DNA from: Eledone cirrhosa
Taxonomy: Eukaryota
Direction: 5' to 3'
NCBI GenBank assembly: GCA_964016885.1
Contig: OZ024741.1
Location: forward strand, 195,610,001-195,674,000
DNA: 64,000 nt
A model generated the notes under the pieces. The model had not been told where the DNA came from, made no database searches, and saw nothing but the letters and a program-made list of their open reading frames with translations. This document shows positions 24,987 to 38,959 of the stretch, in pieces. Position 1 is the stretch's first letter. Every line of letters starts with the position of its first letter. The position numbers and the translations under genes were made by a program.

Positions 24987-25682
24987 TGTAGTTAGCCCTG
25001 TAACGGAATTCGCCTATAAATTTACCAGCGAAGATTCAAAACCGAATCTGAGAGTTCTCGCCTCTGGGACCACCTATTATTGGGAATTTCCCACGATTGT
25101 CCTGTCAAGAAACAAGTATGATAAACATACACACCACTTGACCTGTGACACCAACTTGTAGACAGAGGAAACACAGATGGCTACTCATAAATCAACCCAT
25201 ATACACATCCTTCTAGCTATAGGGTTATTATAAATACAAGTACTTAGGGAATCCACCAGAGAGATGCTGAAGCAGAAAGCAGTCCGTGAAAGATAACGAT
25301 GTAGGCATCAGCAGACTTTTTACTCTTTCTCTCTCCTGGCCTAAGGCTCTCACATTTCATACCCGCTCGGCAAATTTGACCAATGACAGGATAGACAAAC
25401 ATAAACACACACGCAGTAGGTTTACTTATGTTTTTCACTAATCTTTCGTCTTCCTGTTATTTCATGTCTATTATATCGTTGTATTGATACATACATACAC
25501 GCTAGCTCGAAGTAGCTAGCCAGCAAATAATGTAGTGATAATTGCTGCCACAAGTTTATTACTCGATGTTCAATGTACCAACAAGTGAATATTGTTATTG
25601 TAAAATAAACATTGTTAACATCACAATTCTGGCATTATTCTTTTTATCATTCTTCCTGAAAAGAATACATTTATCCACTACA
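24987..25682 (+). mobile_element. Possible LTR remnant
   Basis: TGTAG...CTACA termini, preceded by a G-run, with AATAAA near the end. No TSD or partner LTR found. Confidence 0.3.
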
Positions 25683-26099
25683 GTCCCACGGTGGCAATAG
25701 CTCCATGTTGATGTCAAGGCCCCTATTCTCCATTAGATCATAAAGCGCTCAACAGTATAAGGAGCATTATACACTTAAGTTTGATGGTTCACCACTGGAT
25801 TAGTTATTCCGTATGGCCAACCATGATGTAAAATTAGGAAAAGCGCTCAACGTTATGCAACTCATCCATCTTTGGTGTTGAATCTTGTTGGTGGAGCAAG
25901 AACGGAGTTTATATTTATATATATATATATATGAGGTTATAGTGTTGCACTTTACTATTTTCATGAGACAAGCTTGATGCACTTTACCGTCCTCTGTTCT
26001 TTGGGAGCAAAAAATTGGATGATTAAGGGCAGTTCAGGTAGTAAAGCATTTAAAATTCAAAATTTTAAGAAAGCCAAGGATACAAAATTATCTATTCAT

Positions 26100-26340
26100 A
26101 CATCTCTATGAACGTTTCAACACATCTAGAATATTGTATCCATTTGCGGAGTAACTGGAGATTACCAGTTAACAATTATCTCCATTATGGGTGCTTTATC
26201 TCAACCGTATCTCTTCAGGAAATACATAGAACAAAATAACAATGATTAATACCAAAGACAATATCAAGAAAATGAGGGGATTCAAAGTATAGAGCTTTTA
26301 GGCAGGCAATTAGATTTCAAGTGCAAATTAAGCATAAGTT
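26100..26340 (-). mobile_element. Probable Penelope-like 3' remnant
   Basis: Minus strand KLYTLNP-like end, followed by CTGAAGA (26218-26212) and GAAACGTTC (~26118). Stem I is poor. Confidence 0.35.
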
Positions 26341-26585
26341 TGTACAAGGTGTTTTTACAAACATGCAAGTTTATAAATTTATTTGTGCTTTTTTTTCAGG
26401 AAAAAGTATATTTTAACTAGAAATTGGTTACAGTAGGGGTTGTTAAAACTTTTCTTTATAAAGATAGGGTAGTTTGTTCCGTTATTTATAAGAGAAAGAT
26501 TTGGAAATATTTAGTATATTTTTTTGATAGTTAATATCCTATACAAGTATAGAAGAAATTGTATATATGGAGTGAAAAATATATA

Positions 26586-26647
<62 letters not shown>

Positions 26648-27020
26648 TTGAATTTACCTGCCAAAACCCGTGGGTTGCTTCCCTTGTTGGAAATAACACG
26701 TGACAACGAAATGTTTGAAGGCTGCCTTCTGTAGCGGTCGTATTTAGTTTGTTCACACCAGTTTGAGGCAGAACGGAATCCCTGTTGATGAAATAAATCC
26801 CCTGTTCGTTCATGGAATACCACAAGCTTGCGTGTTACGTAAGTTGGATAAATGATTTGGGATTCATAGAAACACTTCAAACATATTGCAGAATATCGTC
26901 CGATTTGTCCAGGTCTGTTTTTTAACTTGTTAGTTCTTTCGTTACTTTGGTATTGTGTGGTTGGGTTTTGCCTACCGCAATGTTCAATTTGTCAAGCTAT
27001 TTAAACGTATGTTATTACTC

Positions 27021-27210
27021 TAAGGCGGTGGATTGGTAGTATCGGTAGAGAGTCGGACACCTTGCTTTGAAGCATAGAGTTACGTCCCTTTATGATCTGA
27101 GTTCAAATCCCGCCGAGGTTAACTTTGCCTTTCATCCTTATGGGGTCGACAAAATAAAGTACCAGTAATGTACTGGGTAATTGGTGGCCTTGTGCCTAAA
27201 ATAGAAACAG
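27021..27210 (+). mobile_element. Full-length tRNA-derived SINE with Nin/Deu-like domain
   Basis: A-box-like TGGTAGTATCGG, B-box GAGTTCAAAT and TTTGCCTTTCATCC...GGTCGA...AGTACCAG. TSD GTTATTACTCTAAGG at 27011-27025 and 27210-27224. Confidence 0.85.
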
Positions 27211-27459
27211 TTATTACTCTAAGGGCCTACCCTTATTGAGTGCTTTGCTAACTCATTCCTATTGTAGGTCGACTTTGCTTGGCCACGGCCAAAGCTTCGA
27301 TGTTACTAATCTTCCACTTGTCATCATCATCATCATCATCGTTTAACATCCTATATATATATATCTTTTACTCTTTTACCTGTTTCAGCCATCCAGCTGA
27401 GGCCTTGCTGGGGCACCGCCCTATATATATTTATAATTATAAGCTGAAGGATATAGACA

Positions 27460-27745
27460 ATATGCCCCCACACTCTCCCACTGCAAAGGTGCCACAGCAA
27501 AAAAAGCACCCAGCCAACACTGTAAAGTGGGCATGTAGGCACCATGGAAAAAAAGCACCCAACACTCACTGTAAATTAGGTTGGTGTTAGGAAGGGCATC
27601 CAGCTGTAGAAATCAGGCCAGAATCAGTTCCCGTATGAGCAAGACATGGTCAGCCGACACGCTACTGCCCATGACAGGACAACCCGTCTAACCCATGCTA
27701 GCGTGGAAGAACGGACGTAAAACAGTGATGATGATGATGATGATA
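27460..27745 (+). mobile_element. RTE-related 3' UTR fragment with (GAT)n tail
   Basis: GGTGTTAGGAAGGGCATCCAGCTGTAG and ACGGACGTAAAAC..(GAT)n match 47730-47884. Confidence 0.7.
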
Positions 27746-27775
27746 TATATATATATAATTATAAGTTTGAAGAAT

Positions 27776-28013
27776 AGTCAGACAAAATTTATCCAATTTT
27801 TTCTCCTTAGAAAATCAACCAGATAAATAATCATTTAACGGAGCTAAGTATAAAATGTAACTTTGAAGAAATAACAGATAAATGTTATCGATATTTCTCT
27901 GTGAGGAACAGTCAGACAAAATTTACCTAGTCTTTCCTCTTAGTCCGTAGAAATTAACTAGATAAATAATCAATGAAACGGAGCTAAGTCTAAAATGTAA
28001 GTTTGAAGAAATA
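27776..28013. repeat. Diverged tandem duplication, ~135-bp period
   Basis: AGTCAGACAAAATTTA...GAAGAAATA at 27776-27872 and 27911-28013. Confidence 0.75.
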
Positions 28014-28024
28014 TGGATAATATA

Positions 28025-30100
28025 TAATGATAATAATAATAATAATGAAATTATTGTGTAAAGTGCTCAGGTGCACCACAACTCGTCAATATAGTACATA
28101 GAATAATACACAAATGTCAAGGAAGTACATGTGTGTATGTGTTAGCTGTAGTGTTGGCGGATCTCGGGAAGCATGGAGGCTTTAAAGGATGCAGTGTCTC
28201 GACAGCTAACAACTGATGCAGGTAGTTTGTTCCATGCTTCAGCAACTCTGAGCGTGAAAAAATGTTTCCGAAAGTCATGGGAACTGTGCTGTTTTCTTAC
28301 TTTGTGGGCATGTCCACGTGTGTTAGACACATGGAAATCAAAAAGGTACTCAGGGTTGTTGTTGGTAACATGGTTAACAATTTTGTGGGTGTTTACCAAG
28401 TCAGTTGCCAGGCGTCGGAGTTTCAATGAATCCATGCCCAGGGAAGCAAGGCGCTCAGAGTATGATAGATGCCTGATGGAGGGTATTCGCTTGGTTGCAC
28501 GTCTCTGAACAGTTTCCAGGCGGTCAATGTCCTGAGCAAGATAGGGGTTCCAGACTGGTGATGCAAATTCTAAGTGTGGTCGCACCATAGCTGTATACAG
28601 CCTTAAATAGATATCTGGAGAGCGGCTGACAGAGGTCTTGCTGAGTGATGCTAAGACACCCTCGGCCTTCTTGACAATTTTAGAGACGTGCCTCGTCCAA
28701 CGCAAATCGCTGCTGACCGTAATGCCCAGGTCACGTTCACAGGAAGATTTCTTGATATTAGTGCTGTGGAGGGAGTATGTGGACGCTGGGTTTTTACTCC
28801 CAAAATGCATGGTGGTGCACTTGTCCACAGCTAGCTTGAGTTGCCAGTCTGAGATCCATTGTTGCATTGTGTCCAGGTCAGACTGCAAGCAAGATCTATA
28901 GTGTTCAGGATCTGTCCTTTTTATCTCAAGGTACAGCTTGATGCCGTCTGCGTACTTTAGTACTGTGGCATTCCTTAAGTTGGCATCTATGTCACTAATA
29001 TATGCCACAAACAAAAGGGGGCCAAGAACAGATCCCTGTGGGACACCAGATGACATCTCATATGGTGAGGAATGCTGTCCCAGAACCGTGACTGAGAATG
29101 AAGGACTTCAACCAGTTAAAAAGATCATCCTTCACACCCATTGCAGAGAGTTTTGCCATGGCACAGAATTGAAGGCCTTCGCAAAGTCAAGGTAAACAAC
29201 ATCCACCCATGAGCCGCCATCAGTGATCCGGGTGATGTCCTCAAGAAACTCTATAAGTTGATCACAGCAGCTGGAGTTGGGGATAAATCCAAATTGCGAG
29301 GGCCGGATAAGACTGTGAGAGCTCCAGAAGTTCCAAAGTGTTTCCCTGACACAGGATTCCATCAGTTTGGCGATGCAACTAGTAAGACTGACTGGATGAT
29401 AGTTCACAGGTGATGTGCGGTCACCCTTTTTGAACAGAGGAATGACACTGGCAGTTTTCCACTGTTCTGGAGTAGCACTGTTGTTCAGACAGAATTGGAA
29501 GAAGCGTGATAACTGGTGTAGAAGGAAGTACCCACCACGTTTAAGAAGCAGGTACGTAACACCATCAAGACAAGGAGAGGCATGGTTGCGTTTATTTTTT
29601 AGGTGACGTCGCAGCATTGGAGGTGTAAATTCCATGGTTGTAATAGAGTCCGGTGTCATAGGTGGTGGAGATGGCACACTCTGGTCTTCAATAGTGAAAA
29701 TGCCTGCATAGCATTCAGCAATGAGCTCTGCGCATTCCTTGGGGTCGTCAGTAACCTGGCTTTTGTGGGGATTGCGAAGAGGACCAACTGGAGAGTGAGG
29801 CCTCTGCTTTGAGTGAACATACTTCCAGAACACCTTACTGTCAGGGCTGGTTGCTATGCGCTGCTCAAATTGAAGCACTGCCTTTTTTGTCACCTGTTTG
29901 AGGTGGTTGGACGATTTATTTCGCCTCTTCCTATTAATGTCTGATTTGTGAAGTTTGTACTCACGTTCAGCATTGCGCCGTTCTTTTCTGGCAAGACGGA
30001 CTGCTGCAGTCTCCCAAATTGCGCTTTTGGGATGTTTTTTCTGCTTACGTGGCACCGATGCTGCACATGCTGTCCATATTGAGCTCAGGATGTTCTGGAA
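28025..30100 (-). mobile_element. 5'-truncated CR1/L2-group LINE (RT remnant)
   Basis: NYHPVSLTS, QFGF, YLDFAKAFN, GVPQGSVLGP, YADG(D), TRGH and WNKLP. (ATT)n tail at ~28030. Internal deletion near 29130. Confidence 0.92.
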
Positions 30101-30399
30101 TATATATAGTATACCAACTGAACTACCTGGCGTTGCCCGGGTTACTGCTCTTCTTATTCAGATTAGTAAACAATAAGTATGAAGATATGTTTTTTTCCTC
30201 ATAATTATTTCAAAATATCTATATTTTATAAAAAAAAATATCAAAATTGTAATGATAATACAATTTAGAAATGAAAATCTGTCAATCTTGAAGCACCTTA
30301 GGGCAAACAATATTCGTTGTGTAGATGTGTGTGTGTTTAATAACGTACCTAATGAATACGCAAACACACACATACTCACAGACACATACATATTGATAT

Positions 30400-31000
30400 A
30401 CAAAATGTGATGTTCTATTTTTTTTAATCCAAATTAAAATAAAAATTATCACAGATACACTCACATACATATACAAAGACAGACACACACAGACATACAT
30501 TCATGCACACCCGTCATCACATATATATCTGTATGTATAGATGTGTGTGTGTATTTAGTTGTCTGTGTGCACACTCATGAAAAATGAAAAATGGCGTAGA
30601 CAATACAATACAATAGGAAACATAATAATACCACTGATGATGTTGCAGATATACGACAAAAGAACTTTGATAGACTATATATATATTTTTATATCTGAAT
30701 TTTTAACCGCAGGTCAATCACTGATAAACATTGATTGCCAAATAAATTAACTATAGAGATATAAAAGATACAGAAGCGAAAACCAACCAGTGAGTGTATT
30801 CTGTTATTATTTCTGGCAATATTATAACAATATGACCCTCCCCAAGTATAACAATATATCTATATATGTAAACTATGTCCTCTAATACCCTCTTCTAATT
30901 AATATAACCCTTAATTTTATTATATACTTTTTATCATATTTCCTGTAGCATAAAGAAGCCGAAACAATTATCATACTGGCTGAAACCGGTATGATAAATT
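30400..31000 (+). mobile_element. Diverged Penelope pseudo-LTR / 3' UTR copy
   Basis: AATGGCGTAGAC...CCACTGATGATGTTGCAGAT...GAAGCGAAAACCAACC...ATATGACCCTCCCCAA is collinear with 53010-53300 and 59635-59905. Confidence 0.75.
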
Positions 31001-31309
31001 ACTTTTAAAAAAATGTTTTGCTGTTATTCTATGAGAAAATGCCATTAGCATTTTCTACTTCTTTTTCTGATTTTCCTAATATATATGTTATTATTTATTA
31101 ATATTCGATATAACCTATATATGTATATATATGTATATATACATGTATATGTGTGTGTGTATGTGTGTATACTGTATGTCTCGCTGTCTTTCCATCGCCA
31201 AAAGTACTTTTGAAATATATAATGCCACCTTGATTATACAGATGACGTATTTATAGCTTAACAATACAAGTAAATGTATTTAAGACTATTCAACAGAATT
31301 TGTAATATA

Positions 31310-31450
31310 ATCGGCTTGCCTCCCCACAGCCCCAGTGGACAGAATGGAGAAGGCGTTTCCTTGGAGGACGGCAAGGGAGACGAGCTGGAAAAGCCGCTCC
31401 AACTCGCGGGGCTCACACCTGCGGTTGGCCAGCTCAGCGCCTATGGTGGT
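31310..31450 (-). mobile_element. CRE-type LINE 3' fragment
   Basis: Homologous to 51360-51495. Confidence 0.6.
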
Positions 31451-31487
31451 GTGTATACTTACATTTATATATATACATCTATTATAT

Positions 31488-32910
31488 CATCATCATCACT
31501 GTTTAATGTCTATTTTCCATTCTTGCGTATGTTAAACAGATTGTCATGTTATGAGGCTGGCCAAGTCAGGTGACCACATATTGCTCATACAATCTGTTTA
31601 TGAGCATGGCACCAGCACTATGGGAGAGCAATAGTGGAGTGTGTCTGTCTGTCCAAACATGCCTGCATGAGTTTCACAAAAATGGTGTATGAAGGGTGTA
31701 GCAGGAGTGGAGTACATAAACATCATTGTTAAATATATAATTTCCATGCCCATCTGGGCCAATTGGGCTATCACACTCTGAGGCTAAGCCAGACAGGAGA
31801 CCACATCTAGTTCATACACTCTGTTTGTTTTGGCATGGCCCTTCCCAACTCCACCCAAGTATTTTATTGTGGTACAAGGTATCCACTCTCCATATTGGTA
31901 TGGGGAGGAACTGGTGGGGGAGATGAAGTGTAGAGAGGGAAATCTTACCATGCTGGCAGGAGTTGTTATTGGACATGCAACCTGGGAATAGAAAAAATGA
32001 GGCGGGAGGGACTAAAGAGTGTTACTTAGATAATGATCAGGGTGGAGACAAGGGAGATTGGTGCATACAGTCCTTTCCGTGCTTGTTTCATCCTGGGAAG
32101 GTGGGTCTTCTGCAATATGGCATATCACCAGAGAAGTCAATCTTGCGTCATCTCCTTTAAGAGAATTAACTGTATGAAATCGCTTTATCAATCCATCTCA
32201 AGCATTCCAACATCTCTCTCTTCCATAGTTTCCATCAACTTTGAGCACCCTGCACTATTTTATACAGCAGTCATCTTCCACACTCATCATGTCCATACCA
32301 CTGTAATCTCCTCTCCTGCATAGGGCATCTGATTCTTCTTATGCCCAGTTTGTCTCTCAGCTCATTGATGCTTCATCATTCATGTACACTATTACACATC
32401 CATTTGAGCATGCTTGCCTCATTTCTTTTCAGTTTTATAGGCCCTCTGCACACTGCTCAGGTCTCACTTCCCTGCAGCATTGTACACAAACATCATACAA
32501 TATGCCTTTCATTTAAAGGGAAAAACCTTTTGTAACTATCAGCTATAGTAGCTCCCTGAACTTTTTCCATCCCATTCTCACTCTGGCTACTGTATTTTCA
32601 GAACACCCACCTCCTCTGTTAATTTGATCATTTGGATAACAGTTGTCAACTACTTCTACAGAATCAATTGAACATTTGATACTTGTTTCATGTGAATTTT
32701 TGCTGCTTTCTGCTCCTGTGCATCAACCACATGTAAAACCTACATTTTTTGCTAACCTGCCTAAGATCCTGTTATATCTCTTGTGTATGCATAGTTTATA
32801 TTTTAGAACATAGAATTGAATTTTTACTTACTCCTTTCCTGCATACTCAGTAGGGTCATTTCCCTGAAGGGATCTAAGCCCTGTTTTCCTTTCTGCTTAC
32901 TAGGACTTTA
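31488..32910 (-). mobile_element. Old, degenerate RTE LINE fragment
   Basis: (CAT)n tail at 31488. 32200-32910 is collinear with 22550-23230. Confidence 0.7.
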
Positions 32911-32959
32911 ATCTTTGCCAAATTTTGGTAGCCCAGATATGGGGAAACTTTCTCTGGCA

Positions 32960-33370
32960 TGCAGAACCTCAGTTGCATGTTGCCTTGTCATCACAGTGGA
33001 CAGAATGGAGAAAGTGTTGCAACAGAGAAGAGTGAAGGAGACACATTGAAATAGGTATTCCAGCTCACGAGACTCACTCCTACGGCTGGCTAACTCTGTT
33101 CCAATAGCGGTGAGTAATGAGGTGCTCCAGAGACCAAGAACACTGGAAGTTTTCACTGCTACCACGTTCCCCAACAAACCTATCAGAGAGCAGGAGATAT
33201 TTCATCAGTTTATGATCTTCAGCTTGTCAGGTAATGAAGTCTGGGTCTGTTGCCAAATGCACCAAGTTGCCGCTGCATGTAGCATCCTAGATGAGGGGCT
33301 ACCACCACAGAATGGGAAGATTGTGATGTTGTCTGATCTGTGAACCTTTTGGTTCAACCCCACTGGCTTG
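32960..33370 (-). mobile_element. CRE-type LINE endonuclease-region fragment
   Basis: AVKTSSVLG...LEYLFQ is homologous to the AVETSGVLG segments at 43380 and 51530. Confidence 0.6.
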
Positions 33371-33812
33371 AGTTGCATCCAAGCTATGTTTAATTTGATG
33401 CAAAAGGCCTAACTTTTTAAGCTAGTATAAACCCTTAAGAAAAGAGGAAGAATAGAAATCTGCTAAAAGAGGATTACAATCAGTAGCAGGAAAGGTGTAC
33501 TGACCAATGGCAAGTGCATTGCAGGGACCCACTCTAGTATTTTAGGGGCCAATGCTTTGCTTTCAAAAAATATCTTTAAAAATAAGTCTAAGAGAAAGAA
33601 TACATTTTTTTTAAAATAAATAAACAAGCAAAGTATTTGGTCAAACAATTCCCTAGGGAATTAATAGAAACCAAAATATATGCTAGTTGCAACAGTTAGA
33701 ATCACTGGTTACTGTATTCATTCATGCATGCATGCATACATGGATACACACATGCATATATATATATATAATAAATAACAAAGAACGCCTATAGCATATG
33801 CATATCTTTACT

Positions 33813-33858
33813 TGCTAACATTGTTTCATCCACACTATAAGTGGGACTCATCAGAGCA
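33813..33858 (-). ncRNA. Type I minimal hammerhead ribozyme
   Basis: Minus strand reads TGCT-CTGATGA-GTCCCAC-ttata-GTGTGGAT-GAAA-C-aat-G-TT^AGCA. Confidence 0.72.
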
Positions 33859-34378
33859 TAAAGGTTAATTACATAACACACAAGCAGTAACAAATCCAAG
33901 ACATTGAAGAATGAAAAATAATAGAAGATAAAGGATATTAAGGAAGTAAAAGTAAAAATAAAAATAAAAATAAAAATAAAAATAAAAATAATAAAATAAA
34001 CAATGAAAAATAAGGGGTGCTATCAGTCACAGTTGGGCGGGGTGCTGTCAACATATAGTTACATACAAGCATACACATGGATAAGAGAACAGACAAGAGT
34101 AGATAAGATAGATAGGATTAGGTAAGAGTAGGTAAAAAATAGGTGAAAAACAGACTTATAATATATATAAGAAAATATAAAAAAATATAACAAACATACA
34201 TATAAAATATAAAATATACAGATAATAATGAAATAAAATAATATAAAATTAAAATTAAAATTATATAAAATAGAACATAATATAATATAATCATAAAATA
34301 AGATAAAATAAGGTAAACTAAAATAAAATAAAATAGACTAAAGTAAAATAATATAATATAAGATATAATTAAATGTAA

Positions 34379-34410
<32 letters not shown>

Positions 34411-35429
34411 AATTAAATAAATAAATAAAATTAAAATTAAAATTAAAATTAAATAAATAAAGTAACGTTTTGGCCCCGATAGCCCTCCGTAGTTACTAAC
34501 GGTCTGTGTACACTTAAATCGGGCAATGGCACGTGCGGACATGATTATCTCCGTAGGAATTCAATTTTATTTTACTACATCTCATCGTATGTATTTATTT
34601 TGAATGTATTATCCGTGGTGGTGGGTCTTGCCTAATGTGGTATTTCTGTGTTTAATATCAGCTTTGACCCGGGTGTCCTACGCTGCGTGTGTGTCTGTGT
34701 ATACATTTATATGTGTATGGGTGTAGGTGGTTGTATATGTCTGTATATAAAAAAATATATATATATGTATACCGTCTCTGCATATGCATGTGGTGTGTAT
34801 ATGTGCATATACGTGCTGAACATATTGGTGTGTATAATCTTGTGATGTCCCAATGCGGTGACTTCATGGCTCTTGAAGCTATTTTTTATATATCTTTTGT
34901 CTTTTTATATATCTTTTGTATGCGCTCCAACTGTGTCTGCTTGCTTTGGCTAACCCGCCTGCACCTTGCTTTCGGCCTCTTGCTACTGCACGTAAATTCT
35001 CCTACCTTCCTTCGATGTACCTCTGTTTGACCATTGGACTCCTGCCCGGGTGTGAACCGGTTTGTGATTACCCCACCGCTCAACTGTGTGAATGCACACC
35101 CGTGACTTTCGAGTGAACTTTTGAGACTGCCCAACCTGGGACGCCTCCATTGCCTTGCAATGGTCAAGTGATACTGGTGACTGTGACACTTAGTGCCTTC
35201 GTGGGCCCCTGATATTTTCAAGAAATATATTCTAAAAAAATGGTCAAGTGATACGGATAACTGTGACACTTAGTGCCTTCGTGGGCCCCTGATATATTCA
35301 AGAGATATATTCTAAAAAAATATATATCTTATCTCAATTTACTTTATTTTATTTTATTTTATTTCATTTCATTTTATTTAATTTTATTTATTTATTTAAT
35401 TTCATTCATTCATTTATTTATTTATTTAC

Positions 35430-35465
<36 letters not shown>

Positions 35466-35503
35466 TTTTAATTTTAATTTAAATTTTATTTATTTATTTA
35501 ATT

Positions 35504-35555
<52 letters not shown>

Positions 35556-36166
35556 TTACATTTAATTATATCTTATATTATATTATTTTACTTTAGTCTA
35601 TTTTATTTTATTTTAGTTTACCTTATTTTATCTTATTTTATGATTATATTATATTATGTTCTATTTTATATAATTTTAATTTTAATTTTATATTATTTTA
35701 TTTCATTCCTTACCCTGTATCACTATTATCTGTATATTTTATATTTTATATGTATGTTTGTTATATTTTTTTATATTTTCTTATATATATTATAAGTCTG
35801 TTTTTCACCTATTTTTTACCTACTCTTACCTAATCCTATCTATCTTATCTACTCTTGTCTGTTCTCTTATCCATGTGTATGCTTGTATGTAACTATATGT
35901 TGACAGCACCCCGCCCAACTGTGACTGATAGCACCCCTTATTTTTCATTGTTTATTTTATTATTTTTATTTTTATTTTTATTTTTATTTTTATTTTTATT
36001 TTTATTTTTATTTTTATTTTTATTTTTAATTTTAATTTTAATTTTAATTTTAATTTTAATTTTATTTTTACTTTTACTTCCTTAATATCCTTTATCTTCT
36101 ATTATTTTTCATTCTTCAATGTCTTGGATTTGTTACTGCTTGTGTGTTATGTAATTAACCTTTATG
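33857..36166. repeat. Long inverted repeat (arms ~33857-34461 and ~35450-36166), Penelope-like
   Basis: The arms are near-perfect reverse complements, including microsatellite tracts. An 80-bp tandem duplication (35161-35320) lies in the spacer. Confidence 0.9.
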
Positions 36167-36526
36167 TGTTATACACCCCTGATCCTCTCCCTAGTATACT
36201 ATATATATATATATATATATATATACTTACACATACACAAGAGCTGCTGGCCAAATAACTTTTGATATCAATGGGTTAAAGACATAAAAACCAATTAATG
36301 GTCAGTTCTTCAGTCTAAAGTCCCTTCTACAAGTTGAAAACATGTATATATACATATATATATATAAATCTATATATATATACATGTACACACATACACA
36401 CACTCCCAGACATATATATTGAGTGAGTTTGAAAGACCAAAGGTCATTATTGAAAGTCTCTGGATGTGTATATTTCACTTTATTTTTTTTATTGGAGAAG
36501 TAAGATCAGTCACTTGCATACTCTAA

Positions 36527-36738
36527 CCCTTTAGCATTTAGATTATATATACTATTGTATTTTCACAGTAAAGGCTTTATCTTACTTAGTTATCTCATAA
36601 GATAGAATCTGAGATTTTGATGTTATTTATTTAGAGAAAAATACCTTAACACCAGTATGAGTGACCAGGTACAGCCAGTTTGAACAGAAAGAGGTGAGAG
36701 AATTTTGGCTGGATATGGCCAGTTTAAATGCTAAAGGG
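36527..36738. mobile_element. piggyBac-type MITE (212 bp)
   Basis: Perfect 14-bp TIRs CCCTTTAGCATTTA / TAAATGCTAAAGGG, flanked on both sides by CTAA. Confidence 0.8.
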
Positions 36739-36859
36739 CTAAATTACAGTATACTATACATTCACAATTATTTAAAAATTCAATTATAACATTCTGTCCT
36801 CCTGGAAACTGTTCAGAAACATGCAACCAAGCAAATACCCTCCATGAGGCATCTACCAT

Positions 36860-37265
36860 ACCCTGAAGCTCTGACATCTGGCAACTGACTTGGTAAACAC
36901 CCACAAAATTATTAACCATCTTGCCAACAACAAACCTGAGTCTTTTTGAATTCCATGTGTCTAATACACGTGGGCATGCTTACAGAGTCAGAAAACAACA
37001 CAGCTCCCATGACTTTCGGAAACATTTTTCATGTTCAGAGTTGCTGAAGCATGGAACAAACTACCTGCATCAGTTGTTAGCTGCCGAGACACTGCATCCT
37101 TTAAAACCTTCATGCTTCCTGAAATTCGTCAACATTTCACCTGATATCCCTTTCCATACATACGCACACATGTATATCATGACTCATACACTGTTCACTT
37201 TCCTGACATTTGTACATTATTTGTACACAATTATTTGTACACAATAATTTCATTATTATTATTAT
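36860..37265 (+). mobile_element. CR1/L2-group LINE 3' fragment
   Basis: FHVSNTRGHAYRVRKQHSSHDFRKHF matches the 28.1-28.4 kb element. (ATT)n tail. Confidence 0.85.
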
Positions 37266-38959
37266 AATTGGTAAAAAAATACACATATTTTTCTGCAAAA
37301 ATTTGATTGTCCTGTTTTGTTTTCACTTTTGTATTTTTTGAAAATGTTATTTATTCATTATAAAAATTTAAAGATAGCATTCTATATGTGGGTGGGCCAC
37401 CTTTATCTCACAGAAACCAATATTTTTAGACCCAGTCCGCCACTGATTACAATTACTACCCATTGGAATACCTCTCACTTGTACCATTAACGTCCTGTAC
37501 CGCATGAAACCGCATTAACAAAGACATTCTTAAAAAAGTACAAAAGCATTACGTTAAAAATGCAATTTCAATTAATTATTTACAATTTGTCCACTAGTAA
37601 AGATACTAAAGTCTTTACAATGATTTCTCCACTAGTAAATATTAGAATTCATAAACTCATTATAATAAAATAATCTACAACCTATCATTGGTCGATATGT
37701 ACAACTAATACATAACACTGTGTCTCTAACCACTCCTGGTACAAGCTTCAATACATTCCCATTTCTAAAAATCGAATTTATAAATATCCTAACAAGGGAT
37801 TTACTAACAAAAGGTTTAACAATATATTCCACCTTCCTCCTTGATAGGCCAGGCCTTATCTGTGATAACCTTAATCAAGCAATTACGAAAACAAATCTAC
37901 CAAAATTCTAACTCAAGTTAAATTACTCTCACATAAACCCATCAACCTCATTAACTTGTAAATAGAACCTCAGTAAAATATCACCTTTATAAAACTTTCC
38001 AAAAGCGTATAATCCCTTCATTCTTACCATGTTTCCTGTAAATTACTGTTCATTTGTAGCGGAATCTCTTTGCACATACTGACTTCCAAATGACATTTGG
38101 CTGCTATTTCTCTTTACCTCAGTTGGTGTCTGTGGCCTGGAGGGGCTGCCAGCTTGAGGTGAAGTGAGATAAGTTTTTCTTTGGATCATTTGACTCTGGT
38201 TCCTCAGAAAAGAAGCATTACTTCGATCTGCTCAAGCAATTTGCGAAATGTAGCACTAAGCCAAAAAACTCCGGCTCTGTCAATACTTCAGCCACATAAA
38301 GTCATCTGCCTCTTCATATAGACAACACAGATTCTTTGCCACAGCTTACTACTACCTATGCTTGTGCGTACTGTCTGACTACAGTTTGTCATCTTTTAAT
38401 CGAGCATACGTTATTAAACAAATGTTCTCCAGCACAATACAGAAACCTTTTTAAACACTGTATTCATTAGTGAATGCTTACCATCAAACTTTATATTATT
38501 GGTATTTGTCGTGTTTATCATCCTCTTTAACAACAACTTCGTTTCACAAACTCCAGTTATTTCTTCCCCTACTTCCATTGCTATGTTGTTTCCTTAACAC
38601 AGGTTTTTAAAAATTATATAGTATTATTCCTTCTCTCAGTTAGAACTGCTCATAAGCGTGAAAGTATATTATTTAAAAAAATTTGTTGTCAAAGGGAAGT
38701 AACTGTAACATATTTATGAGATGATTTTATTCATAGTTGTATAAATGATATTACAAATTGTTCACAATTCTTTCAGAATGAAAATATAAACAAAAATATA
38801 AACACATAATAAATAGAATTAACTATGAACCTTACAAATAGAAGATCAAAGCGAGAGAAAGAAAGAAAAGATGAAAACAAAAACAAAAACAACCATCAAT
38901 TCACCAAGTGATCAACGGAAAACTTTCAGACAAACCAACACGCTTGCAACATTACCAAG

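Noticed and set aside
27021-27110. tRNA gene
   Set aside because: The A/B boxes are too widely spaced and no cloverleaf is evident. It is a multi-copy SINE head with a TSD.
30948-30996. Hammerhead-like ATAAAGA-AGCC...GGCT-GAAACCGGTA
   Set aside because: The core CUGANGA is broken and stem I is minimal. At most a decayed relic.
38100-38340. Possible host exon in a higher-GC patch
   Set aside because: No convincing ORF, splice pair or recognisable domain.
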